Assembly: GCA_963752965.1 (NCBI GenBank)
Contig: CAVWAJ010000007.1
Span: forward strand, 489,898 to 553,897
Source of the DNA: Terriglobia bacterium
GTDB taxonomy: Bacteria; Acidobacteriota; Terriglobia; Bryobacterales; Bryobacteraceae
Reading direction: 5' to 3'
Length of the DNA: 64,000 nucleotides
The notes under the pieces: generated by a model
What the model saw: only the letters and a program-made list of their open reading frames with translations
Told to the model about the DNA's origin: nothing
Databases searched by the model: none
Made by a program: the position numbers and the translations under genes
Part shown: positions 53,411 through 62,355 of the stretch, in pieces
Numbering within the stretch: position 1 is the first letter of the stretch
Layout: each line of letters starts with the position of its first letter

Positions 53411-54508
53411 CTACACGTCCTCAGCTGGCGGCGCCGCAAACAGAGGATGCGAAGCTTCCTTCGGAACAGGTTTGGGGCCGGCTGGAGAATCCACTGCCTT
53501 CTGTGGTACCTTGGCGGGCGCCGGAGCGGCGGCGTGCCCATTGCTTTCCGCCGTTGACAAGTACTTCGCCTTCTTCAGCACCATGCGTTCAAGCGGCGGA
53601 CTGAAACCCGTGAAATAGCCCTCCACCTGTCGATCCTGATCCACCAGCGCACGCATGCACTCCATCTTGGAATCCATGTCATCGAGATAGTGGAATAAGA
53701 GCGCTTCCGCAAATTGCGGCAGCTTGGGAGACCCGAACTCGTATTTGCCATGGTGGCTGACGATCATGTGCTCAACTAGCGTTCGCAACCGGGGCGGAAA
53801 ATCCGGAAGATCCCGCAACTTGTCGCTCACAATGCGCAGCCCAATCACCATGTGGCCCAACAACTGGCCTTCAGCGGTGTATCCGAAACTCCGGTCGTAG
53901 CTCAGCTCATAGAGTTTGCCGACGTCATGCAAAACAGCGCCAGTCAGCAGCAAATCGAGATCTACGCCGTAGTGCTGCGCTGCGTAGCGGCACAACTGGC
54001 ACAGTGACAGTACATGCTCCAGCAAACCACCCAGCCAGGCGTGATGAATCTGCTTGGCGGCCGGGGCTTTGCGGTAGCGCTGGGCGATTTCCGGATCATC
54101 CAGCACCGCCTTCACCAGCGCCCGCAGATGAACATCGCTCATCGCCGATGTGTACCCGATTAGTTCACCCCACATTTCCTCGGGATCGCGGGTCGAGGCG
54201 GGAAAATAGTCAGCGAAATCGACTTCGCTGTCTTCCAGGCGGCGCATCTTGTGGATCGTCAGCTGCGGACGGTTATGATAGACTTGAATGAACCCTTTGA
54301 CTTTCACAAAATCGTCCCGCTCGAACGTGTCCATCACCTCGGCCACGTTATCCCACATTTTGGCTTCGATCTCGCCGGTGCGGTCGCAAAGCGAAAGCGA
54401 GAGATAAGGCTCCCCCGTCTTCTTCTCCCGAATCTCTTTGGAACGGACCAGCAAAGACGTGGTGAAGTTGCGGTTGGCCTCTGCTTCCTTAATGTAAGGT
54501 GATTTCAT
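53411..54508 (-). CDS. OB-fold plus HD-domain 3'-5' exoribonuclease, YhaM-like
   Basis: 365 aa. N-terminal OB (LSLCDRTGEIEAKMWDN...VKVKG). HD domain (HHAWLGGLLEHV, LHDVGK, SHHG). Pro/Ala-rich C-terminal tail. Confidence 0.8.
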   Translation of the reverse strand: MKSPYIKEAEANRNFTTSLLVRSKEIREKKTGEPYLSLSLCDRTGEIEAKMWDNVAEVMDTFERDDFVKVKGFIQVYHNRPQLTIHKMRRLEDSEVDFADYFPASTRDPEEMWGELIGYTSAMSDVHLRALVKAVLDDPEIAQRYRKAPAAKQIHHAWLGGLLEHVLSLCQLCRYAAQHYGVDLDLLLTGAVLHDVGKLYELSYDRSFGYTAEGQLLGHMVIGLRIVSDKLRDLPDFPPRLRTLVEHMIVSHHGKYEFGSPKLPQFAEALLFHYLDDMDSKMECMRALVDQDRQVEGYFTGFSPPLERMVLKKAKYLSTAESNGHAAAPAPAKVPQKAVDSPAGPKPVPKEASHPLFAAPPAEDV

Positions 54509-55752
54509 TGCTTGACAGCTGGGCTAGTGGCTCTCGGGGCCGAATCGCTGGCTGGCCGGCTGGCACTCGCGGTCGGAGCGGCCACTACAGCCCCTGTCGA
54601 GTTGCCTCCGGTCTGCGCTTCCGGATTATTCGCGTTTCGGTTGGTGCCCGGAACTGGAAGGATCCACAACAGCCGTTTCATATGCTTGCGCGAAGCGACC
54701 TCCTCTTTCGTCGTGGTTTCCGGCCGCAGTTGGGCTGGGTCAACCCACGCGGTATTCTTGCCCGGCGCAGCTCCCGAGTCCACATAACCGGCACGAATCT
54801 CCAAAAACGCGTCCATGCGCAGCTTAGTGAGCAGCTCCCGCACCTTGGCCTGCATTTGCGGCATGGAAAGCCTCTCCATGATCTCGTTTTCCACGGCGTC
54901 AAGCGGTGCTTGCCCCGCCTCGTAACGCTCCTCGATCTTCAGGATCAGGAAACCGTTGGATTGCTTGATGGGATCCGTGACGTATCCCTTCTTTTCCTTG
55001 AAGACGATGTCCTCCAGTTCCTTCTTTAGTTGGCCTTTGTTGTAAGGCGGAAGCTCGCCGAAATTCTCTTTACTGTCGGAATCTGAGTATTGCTTGGCCA
55101 GCTCGGCGAACTTCTCGCCTTTGCGCGCACGCGCCACCAAATCCTTGGCACGCTTCTCCGCCTGCGCGGCTTGCTCGGGCGTCTTACCTTCGGTCGAGAT
55201 TAGGATCTCGCGCAAGAACACCTGCTCCTTGCGGACGAATTCCGCCTTGTGCTCCTCGTAGTATTTCTCGACCTCGGCGTGCGGGGGGTTGATGCGCGAC
55301 ATCACCTCAGAGCCAATCACCCGCTGCGTGAGGATCTGGTCATGGATCTTTGACTTGAACTCCTCAAAGGGTGTTCCCGACTGTTCGCGAATCCAGTCGT
55401 GGAACTTGTCCGGGTCGGCGATACCGCTCTGCGTCTGGATCGCGGCGATTCGCTTGGTCACGTCCGAGTCGACGTTAATGTTGATCTCCTTGCCATGCTG
55501 CACTAGCAGCAGCCGATCGACCTCATCGCGCAGCGTGTCCTTTTCCTGCTCTTTCAGCGCCTTGTCGAGTGCCGCGCCGGTTAAACCCTGCGTCTTGAGT
55601 GCGGCGGCACTGTCGCGCCGGGCAGCATCCAGATCGCCGCGGGTGATGATCTCGCCGTTGACCTTGGCCACGATCTCCTCAACCACGTGGACATCGGCGG
55701 CCAAGCCGCTGCTTACAAACACAAATATCCCTGCGCACAACCTGAAACGCAT
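54505..55752 (-). CDS. Periplasmic SurA-like chaperone/peptidyl-prolyl isomerase (SurA_N plus one parvulin domain)
   Basis: 415 aa with a signal peptide. SurA_N-like VVEEIVAKVNGEIITRGDLD. Parvulin block FAELAKQYSDSDSKENFGELPPYNKGQLKKELEDIVFKEKKGYVTDPIKQSNGFLILKIEER. Confidence 0.85.
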   Translation of the reverse strand: MRFRLCAGIFVFVSSGLAADVHVVEEIVAKVNGEIITRGDLDAARRDSAAALKTQGLTGAALDKALKEQEKDTLRDEVDRLLLVQHGKEININVDSDVTKRIAAIQTQSGIADPDKFHDWIREQSGTPFEEFKSKIHDQILTQRVIGSEVMSRINPPHAEVEKYYEEHKAEFVRKEQVFLREILISTEGKTPEQAAQAEKRAKDLVARARKGEKFAELAKQYSDSDSKENFGELPPYNKGQLKKELEDIVFKEKKGYVTDPIKQSNGFLILKIEERYEAGQAPLDAVENEIMERLSMPQMQAKVRELLTKLRMDAFLEIRAGYVDSGAAPGKNTAWVDPAQLRPETTTKEEVASRKHMKRLLWILPVPGTNRNANNPEAQTGGNSTGAVVAAPTASASRPASDSAPRATSPAVKQ

Positions 55753-55917
55753 TTAATCATTATCCCGCAACAAGATCCGGCTGTCAGGTGTGTGCCGGAC
55801 GCTCCAGTGTCTCCGTTTCGGCACAAGCGGTTTGCTGCTTGGAGCCCGGATGGAATTCGACAAGCAGTAAGATAACCAGGTGCAACGCAATCAGACCCCA
55901 CCCTTTGGACGGACATC

Positions 55918-57924
55918 TTGAACCTGGGTGCGCTCGCCTGGCTGGCATGGCTGGCGGCAACCGTCTGGCTCACCGGGCCAGGATTCGCCGCGCAGATCTC
56001 GTATTTTCGCAGTCCCGGGCCGCAGTTCTTTCGCCTTCTGCTCGTGGTTCTGGCCGTTTCTCCGCTCGCACTGTGGGCGTACCAGCGTTTGCGCCGCGGG
56101 CGCCTCTGGCAATGGGAGCTCGCCCTCATCGCCGCCACCCCATTAGCGGCGTTGTTCTTCTTTGAGCCGAGAGCAGCCGCTGTGACCCTCGCAGTGATTC
56201 TCGCGAGCTACGCGCTGGGACGGAGGTTGCGCCGGTTGTTTTCAATTCCTGCCTCTGGGGCCGTCGAAGACATCGCCGTCTCGACCGGCCTCGGCCTGGG
56301 TGCTTTACACTGCGCACTTTTCGTCTTCGGTATGGCTGGTTGGTACACAACCTCCGTGTTTCTCGGCTGGATACTTCTTTGCCTGTTGATTGGCTGGCGT
56401 GATTTACCCACGCTTTGGAAGGCGCTTGTGCGCCTCCAACAAGCTTGGAGAGCCAGCGTGGAATTGCGGGGATGGGCCGGCGCCCTCATCACGGTGTTCG
56501 CCGTCGCATTCGGCATTTGCAGCGTGATGGTGATGCTCGCGCCAAGTTTGGCATTCGACATGGTTCGGGTGCATTTGCCGCTCGTCCACTACTACACTTC
56601 CCAACACGCATTGCGAACGCCTTCCTATCTTGACTACGGCTATCTCCCGCAGGGCGTCGAGACGCTCATGACCTTTGGTTACGTGTTGGCCGGAGACGCC
56701 GCGGCACAAATGCTTCCAACGGTGTATTTCGCTCTGGCGCTGTTGATCTCCCTTCGCATCGGGCGGATGTGCGGTCTTCGCCTTTTCGCAGCAATCGTGG
56801 GCACGCTGTTCGCGGTTGCCACCCCGCTTCTCCACTGGACCGGCAGTGTCGGCAAGAACGACCTCGCGGTCGCATTTTTCATGTTGGCCGCGCTCCATGG
56901 GTATCTTCGCTGGCGCGAGTCCGGCGATTTTCGTTGCATCCTAGCCGGTGCATTTTTCCTGGCCATGGGGGCGGGAGTCAAACACAGTGTGCTGTACGCA
57001 GTCCCGCCGTTGGCTCTGTTCTATGTGCACGCCGCGACGAAGCAGCCGTCACCTGTACCGGCAATCGCTAAGTTGGCCATCATCTTTATCGTGTTCGGTA
57101 CCTTTTGGCACGCGCGAACCTGGTTGCTGGCGGGCAACCCTTTGTACCCGTTCTCGGCCGAGGCAGCCGTTTCGGCGGCCGGGAAAACCCATAGCGCGTG
57201 GAGCACCGTCATCCGCTGCCTCCGTCTTCCCTGGGACATTCATTTCCATGGCCGCGCCTATTTCGAATCACCGCTCGATCACCCCATGGGCATCGTGCTC
57301 GTGCTGTTCGTGCCGCTCTGGGCGCTGGCGCGCCAGCGAGTGAATCGTGCCGAAGCCGTCTGCCTGTTCTTCTGTGGGCTGTACCTGGTCTACTGGGCGG
57401 TGGTGCACGGCGTGCCGCGGTTTGCAATCGCGCCGATCCTGATTCTCAATGTCCTCACAGCGGGCCAGCTCATCCATTTTTGCTCGCGAATGCGGCCGGC
57501 CATCAGGTTCTCCCTCTACGCCGCTTCCGCCTACGCGCTGCTGTTTGGTCTGCTCGGCGCGGCCATCATCGAAATCAATGCGCCTCAGCTCCGTTACTTC
57601 GCCGGACGTATCGATAAACCCGGCTACCTCCGCCAGGCGATGGTGCCGTACCGGGCAGTCGAGTTCTTGAGAGGCGTTGTACAGCCGGGCGACGAAGTCT
57701 TCAGCCTGAGTAGCTGCGTGCTGGCCTATGCGCCAAACCCCAGCACGTTTCATTGCGCTTGGCCTTCCAATTCCGCCCCAGATAAGGCAATGGCTGCTCT
57801 AACTCACCGCGACTATCGCTTTCTGATGTTGCCGGTTGCGTACTCTCGTCTCGTGCCCTCCGGTTGGAAAATGGCGTACGCCGACGAGTCGTTCCAGGTT
57901 TACAGGCGTGATCCGCAGCCCTAG
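55918..57924 (+). CDS. Large polytopic membrane protein, GT-C-like (ArnT/PMT-type glycosyltransferase) candidate
   Basis: 668 aa with 12 or more hydrophobic segments and a soluble C-terminal about 100 aa. TTG start is uncertain. The family call rests only on topology and on the neighbouring LPS genes. Confidence 0.5.
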   Translation: MNLGALAWLAWLAATVWLTGPGFAAQISYFRSPGPQFFRLLLVVLAVSPLALWAYQRLRRGRLWQWELALIAATPLAALFFFEPRAAAVTLAVILASYALGRRLRRLFSIPASGAVEDIAVSTGLGLGALHCALFVFGMAGWYTTSVFLGWILLCLLIGWRDLPTLWKALVRLQQAWRASVELRGWAGALITVFAVAFGICSVMVMLAPSLAFDMVRVHLPLVHYYTSQHALRTPSYLDYGYLPQGVETLMTFGYVLAGDAAAQMLPTVYFALALLISLRIGRMCGLRLFAAIVGTLFAVATPLLHWTGSVGKNDLAVAFFMLAALHGYLRWRESGDFRCILAGAFFLAMGAGVKHSVLYAVPPLALFYVHAATKQPSPVPAIAKLAIIFIVFGTFWHARTWLLAGNPLYPFSAEAAVSAAGKTHSAWSTVIRCLRLPWDIHFHGRAYFESPLDHPMGIVLVLFVPLWALARQRVNRAEAVCLFFCGLYLVYWAVVHGVPRFAIAPILILNVLTAGQLIHFCSRMRPAIRFSLYAASAYALLFGLLGAAIIEINAPQLRYFAGRIDKPGYLRQAMVPYRAVEFLRGVVQPGDEVFSLSSCVLAYAPNPSTFHCAWPSNSAPDKAMAALTHRDYRFLMLPVAYSRLVPSGWKMAYADESFQVYRRDPQP

Positions 57925-57931
57925 CCTGCCT

Positions 57932-60900
57932 TCACGCCCGCAGCTCGGCCAGCCGTTCCCGAACGAACAGCAGCACCGCTCCGGGTGCGGATAGACCATC
58001 CAGCGGCACTTGCAGCACACCCGCCGGCGTGAATTGCGCCCCGCGCGTGCGGCTAACCAGGTTCATCAACTTTGCCGGATCGATGCGCGTCTGCTCGTGA
58101 AACTTCATTTGCAGCGCGCCGTGACGGCGGTCGATCCGCTCCACTCCCAGCTCTTCGGCGGTGGATTTCAGGGCCGCGTACTCCAGCAGGTTCTGAACGG
58201 CCTCGGGCACTGGGCCATAGCGGTCCTCCAGTTCCTTGGCGATCCGCTCGCGTTCTTCGGCATCGCGCGTGGCAGCTACCCGGCGGTACGCGCGCAGCCT
58301 TTGATTCTCGTCCGCGATGTACTCGGGAGGAATGCGAATATCGAGCGCCAGGTTCAGGACGGCGTGTATCTCCACCGGCACTTCTTCGCCCTTCAGCTCG
58401 CGAACCGTCTCTTCCAGCATCCGCACGTACATGTCGAAGCCCACGGCATTGATGTGGCCGTGCTGCTCCCCACCCAGTAGATTGCCCCCTCCGCGCAACT
58501 CCAGGTCGAGCGCCGCGATCTTGAACCCTGCGCCGAGGTCGCTGAATTCCTTGAGCGCCGCCAGCCGTTTGCGCGCAACTTCCGTCAGCTCCGTATCCGG
58601 TTGCACCAGCAGATACGCGTACGCACGCCGATTCGACCGTCCCACTCGCCCGCGAAGCTGATACAGCTCGGATAGCCCGTAACGGTCCGCATTCTCGATA
58701 ATCATCGTATTCGCGAGCGGAATGTCGAGTCCGTTTTCGACAATCGTGGTGCACACCAGAATGTCGTGCTCGTGGCGCACGAACTTCAGCATCGCCTGCT
58801 CCAGCTCCGCCTCGCCCATCTGTCCGTGTCCCACACCGATGCGCGCTTGTGGCACCAGCTCCTGAATCATGGCCGCGCGCGCCCATATCGAATCGATGCG
58901 GTTGTGCACAAAATAAACCTGGCCGCCGCGGTTCAGCTCCAACTCGAGCGCCGACCGGATCAGCTCCGGCTGAAGCGGCGCAACTACGGTCTGAATGGCC
59001 AGCCTGTCCTTGGGCGGCGTCTCGATCACCGACATGTCCCGCAGTCCCAGTAGCGACATGTGCAGCGTTCGCGGAATCGGCGTGGCGCTCATGCTGACCA
59101 CGTCAACCGTCTTCTTGAGCTGTTTGAGCCGCTCCTTGTGCTTCACGCCGAAACGCTGTTCCTCATCGACAATGACTAGCCCGAGGTCCTTGAACTCCAC
59201 ATCCTTCGAGAGCAGCCGATGCGTGCCGATGATGATATCGACCTTGCCCTCGGCAACATCCGCTACCACCTGCTTGAGTTGCTTCGGCGGGACAAAACGG
59301 CTCGCCATTTCCACGCGCACCGGAAACGGTTGGAACCTGCGCTTGAACGTCTCATAGTGCTGAAACGTAAGCACCGTCGTCGGCGCGAGCACCACCACCT
59401 GTTTGCCGTCGCCCAGCGCCTTGAACGCCGCCCGCATCACCACTTCCGTCTTGCCGAAGCCCACATCGCCGCACAGCAGCCTATCCATGGGCTCGGCGTT
59501 TTCCATATCGCGCTTGATGTCTGCAATGGCCGATCGTTGATCGCGCGTCTCCGTAAATTCGAACGCATCTTCGAATTCGCGCTGCCAGTTGCTATCGGCG
59601 GAGAACGCGAAACCCTTGGCCATTTTGCGCGAGGCGTAAAGCTTCAGCAGCTCCTCCGCCATGTCGCGCATCTTGGCTTTGACGCGTGTCTTGGTGCGCG
59701 TCCACGTCGCGCCACCCATACGGTCCAGCGTCGGCGCCGCCTCCCCCGCCCCCCGGAAGCGCTGCACCAGGTCCATGTGCGTGAGCGGTACGTACAGCTT
59801 GCTGTCGCCGGCGTATTCCAGCAGCATGTAGTCGCCCTTGGCCTCGCCTTGCTCAATCGACCGCAGCCCAACGAAGCGCCCCACGCCGTGTTCCGCGTGC
59901 ACCACATAGTCGCCCGGTTTAAGATCAAACGTCTCCGCTGAGAACGTCGCCAGGTGCGATTTCCCGCCGCGCGCCACCAGCTCCGGCGTCTCAAACAGAT
60001 CTTCCGATCCGAACACCGCCAGCTGCGCATCGGGAAAGATCGTGCCGCGCTCAATGCCCCCGCGTATCAGATAAATACTCGCTACCGACCCCGCCAGATA
60101 CGCCCGCTCCGCCAGGTACTGCGGCGTGCCGTCAGATTGATCCGTGCCGAGCTGGTACGCAATCGCGTATTCGTTGAAGATATCGGCCAGGCGTTCAATC
60201 TCGCCCGCCGAAGCCGCGAAGAACGCCACGCGCGATCCCGACTCCACCAGGCTGCGCGCCTCCGCAATCGCCACCTGCATGTTGCCGTGAAACGACATCG
60301 ATGGTCGCGTGGGAATGTGCAGCCCCGCTTCACCCAGCTCCAGTTCCCGCAGCTCAATCTGCGCGGTGCCGGCCCGCGCCTCAGTAATCTCCTCCCATCG
60401 GTAAAACACCTTCTCAGGCGGGCAGAGCGACGTCCGCTCGGGATCTTCCAGCCGCTTCCAGAAACGCTCCGATGCGGCCAGGATCTGCTCCGGCTCATCC
60501 AGAATGACCAGCGGTTTTTCGAGCAAGTCGAACAGCGATGCATTCCGCGGCCGCACCAGTGGCGCCAGCAATTCCCACCCCGGAAACGTCTCGCCCGGCA
60601 GAGGCAGATCGCGCGCCAGCACTCCACCCTCGTGCAACTTCTCGGTCAGCTCACTCAACAACCCGCGCGATTTCTGAAATTCCGTGAGCGGCAGCAGCGT
60701 GCATTCGGGAATCTTCAGCACGGAGCGCTGCGACTCCACCTCAAACCGCCGAATGGAATCGATCTGATCGCCGAACATCTCGATGCGCACCGGCTTCGGC
60801 GATTCCGGCGAGTACACATCGATAATCCCGCCGCGCACCGAGTACTCGCCCACCATTTCCACCGGGTCGCGTTTCTCGTAGCCGATGCTTTCCAGATGCG

Positions 60901-61399
60901 CGATCAAGTCCTCAAGGGGAATTTCGTCATTGGTGTGCAGCGTGAGCGCGAGTTGGCGGTAAAAATCCTGCGGTTCGATGCGCTGCAACGCCGCGCCCAC
61001 CGGCACAACGCTAATGGGTGCTGCACCCGTGGCCAGCCGCCACAGCCCCACCGCGCGCTGTTCCAGGATTTCCGCATGCGGGGACATGCCCTGTGCGGGC
61101 ACCAAATCGAGCGCCGGCAGCAGTTGCGGCTCGTGCCGGTCGCGCCCCGAAACCAGCAGCCGGAAAAACGTCTGCATGGCCTCGCACAGCGTTTCTGCTT
61201 GCTTGTTTCCCGCCGCGATCACCAGCAGCGGGCGCTCCGTCAACTGCCACAGCAGCACGGAGTAGAGCGCCTTCGCCGTGGTCGTCAGGCCCGAAAGTGC
61301 CACCGGCTGCGGCTTGAGCGCCAGGCTTTGCAGCAATTCCTGGAACGCCGGGTGGCGGGCAAGTCCAGAAAACAGGTCACGAATCGCAGGATGAATCAA
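57932..61399 (-). CDS. mfd: Transcription-repair coupling factor Mfd
   Basis: 1155 aa. Superfamily 2 helicase motifs LLCGDVGFGKTEV, DEEQRFGV, LSMSATPIPRTL, QLRGRVGRS. N-terminal UvrB-homology region and C-terminal TRCF domain. Confidence 0.95.
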   Translation of the reverse strand: MIHPAIRDLFSGLARHPAFQELLQSLALKPQPVALSGLTTTAKALYSVLLWQLTERPLLVIAAGNKQAETLCEAMQTFFRLLVSGRDRHEPQLLPALDLVPAQGMSPHAEILEQRAVGLWRLATGAAPISVVPVGAALQRIEPQDFYRQLALTLHTNDEIPLEDLIAHLESIGYEKRDPVEMVGEYSVRGGIIDVYSPESPKPVRIEMFGDQIDSIRRFEVESQRSVLKIPECTLLPLTEFQKSRGLLSELTEKLHEGGVLARDLPLPGETFPGWELLAPLVRPRNASLFDLLEKPLVILDEPEQILAASERFWKRLEDPERTSLCPPEKVFYRWEEITEARAGTAQIELRELELGEAGLHIPTRPSMSFHGNMQVAIAEARSLVESGSRVAFFAASAGEIERLADIFNEYAIAYQLGTDQSDGTPQYLAERAYLAGSVASIYLIRGGIERGTIFPDAQLAVFGSEDLFETPELVARGGKSHLATFSAETFDLKPGDYVVHAEHGVGRFVGLRSIEQGEAKGDYMLLEYAGDSKLYVPLTHMDLVQRFRGAGEAAPTLDRMGGATWTRTKTRVKAKMRDMAEELLKLYASRKMAKGFAFSADSNWQREFEDAFEFTETRDQRSAIADIKRDMENAEPMDRLLCGDVGFGKTEVVMRAAFKALGDGKQVVVLAPTTVLTFQHYETFKRRFQPFPVRVEMASRFVPPKQLKQVVADVAEGKVDIIIGTHRLLSKDVEFKDLGLVIVDEEQRFGVKHKERLKQLKKTVDVVSMSATPIPRTLHMSLLGLRDMSVIETPPKDRLAIQTVVAPLQPELIRSALELELNRGGQVYFVHNRIDSIWARAAMIQELVPQARIGVGHGQMGEAELEQAMLKFVRHEHDILVCTTIVENGLDIPLANTMIIENADRYGLSELYQLRGRVGRSNRRAYAYLLVQPDTELTEVARKRLAALKEFSDLGAGFKIAALDLELRGGGNLLGGEQHGHINAVGFDMYVRMLEETVRELKGEEVPVEIHAVLNLALDIRIPPEYIADENQRLRAYRRVAATRDAEERERIAKELEDRYGPVPEAVQNLLEYAALKSTAEELGVERIDRRHGALQMKFHEQTRIDPAKLMNLVSRTRGAQFTPAGVLQVPLDGLSAPGAVLLFVRERLAELRA

Positions 61400-61403
61400 G
61401 GGA

Positions 61404-61871
61404 TTAACGCGCCAGAATCGTTTCGACGATGCCGGTGGTCGAGTAGCCCGGTTCCAGGCTGAGCGCCATCACTTTGCCGCCCGCCGCTTCCACTTCCTCG
61501 CGGCCCGCTATCCAATGCGCCCAGTCCGCGCCCTTCACCAGAAGGTCCGGCAGGACGGCGGCGATCAGCTCGCGCGGCGTGTCCTCCTCGAACAGTGTGA
61601 CCGCATCCACAGCCTCCAGACCCAGCGCCACTTCCGCCCGCTCCCGCTCCGGAATCAACGGCCGCGACGGACCCTTCAGCCGGCGCACACTCTCATCTGA
61701 GTTGAGCGCCAGAATCAAAATGTCGCCGAGCGAACGCGCCTTCTCCAGCAGCCGGATGTGGCCCGGATGCAGCAGGTCATAGCACCCGTTCGTGAACACC
61801 ACCGTCTTTCCCGCCGCCTTCCACTCCGCCCGCGTGCGCACCAGTTCCTCGCGGCTGTAAAAATTTCCCAC
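61404..61871 (-). CDS. hldC: D-glycero-beta-D-manno-heptose 1-phosphate adenylyltransferase (RfaE domain II / HldC)
   Basis: 155 aa. Motifs VVFTNGCYDLLHPGHIRLLEKA (HxGH), ILALNSDESVRRLKG and STTGIVE. Lies 4 nt upstream of mfd. Confidence 0.85.
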   Translation of the reverse strand: MGNFYSREELVRTRAEWKAAGKTVVFTNGCYDLLHPGHIRLLEKARSLGDILILALNSDESVRRLKGPSRPLIPERERAEVALGLEAVDAVTLFEEDTPRELIAAVLPDLLVKGADWAHWIAGREEVEAAGGKVMALSLEPGYSTTGIVETILAR

Positions 61872-61883
61872 ACTCTAACTGTA

Positions 61884-61905
61884 GGACAGGCATCCGTGCC
61901 TGTCC
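61884..61905. promoter_or_regulatory. Perfect 9-4-9 inverted repeat in a divergent promoter region (candidate operator)
   Basis: ggacaggca-tccg-tgcctgtcc sits between the hldC start (61871, minus strand) and the DUF962 start (61955, plus strand). TAGAAT at 61929-61934 and AAGGAGG at 61943-61949 follow on the plus strand. Confidence 0.4.
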
Positions 61906-61954
61906 ACGATGCCACCGTCCAACTGCGCTAGAATCGCGGGACAAGGAGGCAGAC

Positions 61955-62266
61955 ATGCTCGGCACCCGCACCTGGAACGAGTGGATTGCGCAATACGAAT
62001 CGAGCCATCAGCACCCGCTGAATCGCCTCTGCCACACCGTCGGGACTCCTGTGATCGCGCTTTCCATCCTGCTCACACCCGTCCTCCTGATCAAGCCCGA
62101 TTGGTGGCCCGTTTCCGTTACACTCTTCGGAGCCGGCTGGGCATTGCAGTTCGTCGGCCACGCCTTCGAAGGCAAGCGCCCCGAGTTCTTCAACGACTAC
62201 CGTTTTCTCTTCGTCGGCCTGCGATGGTGGCTGTCGAAAATCCGCGGGACTTCCAGAAGCCTCTAG
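61955..62266 (+). CDS. DUF962 (Mpo1-like) small membrane protein
   Basis: 103 aa. Motifs HQHPLNRLCHTVGTPVI and WALQFVGHAFEGKRPEFF. Confidence 0.75.
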   Translation: MLGTRTWNEWIAQYESSHQHPLNRLCHTVGTPVIALSILLTPVLLIKPDWWPVSVTLFGAGWALQFVGHAFEGKRPEFFNDYRFLFVGLRWWLSKIRGTSRSL

Positions 62267-62355
62267 CTCCGCACATCGTCGTGTTCTGGCGGATCGCGGA
62301 CTTCTCGGCGTCTCTGCTTCTCGGCGTTGATATTCGTGCCGTTTGCTGCTGATCC

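Noticed and set aside
59954-61462. A 502-aa plus-strand ORF antisense to mfd and hldC.
   Set aside because: Its composition is extremely Arg/Gln/Leu/His-rich, and it crosses the boundary between two well-supported minus-strand genes.
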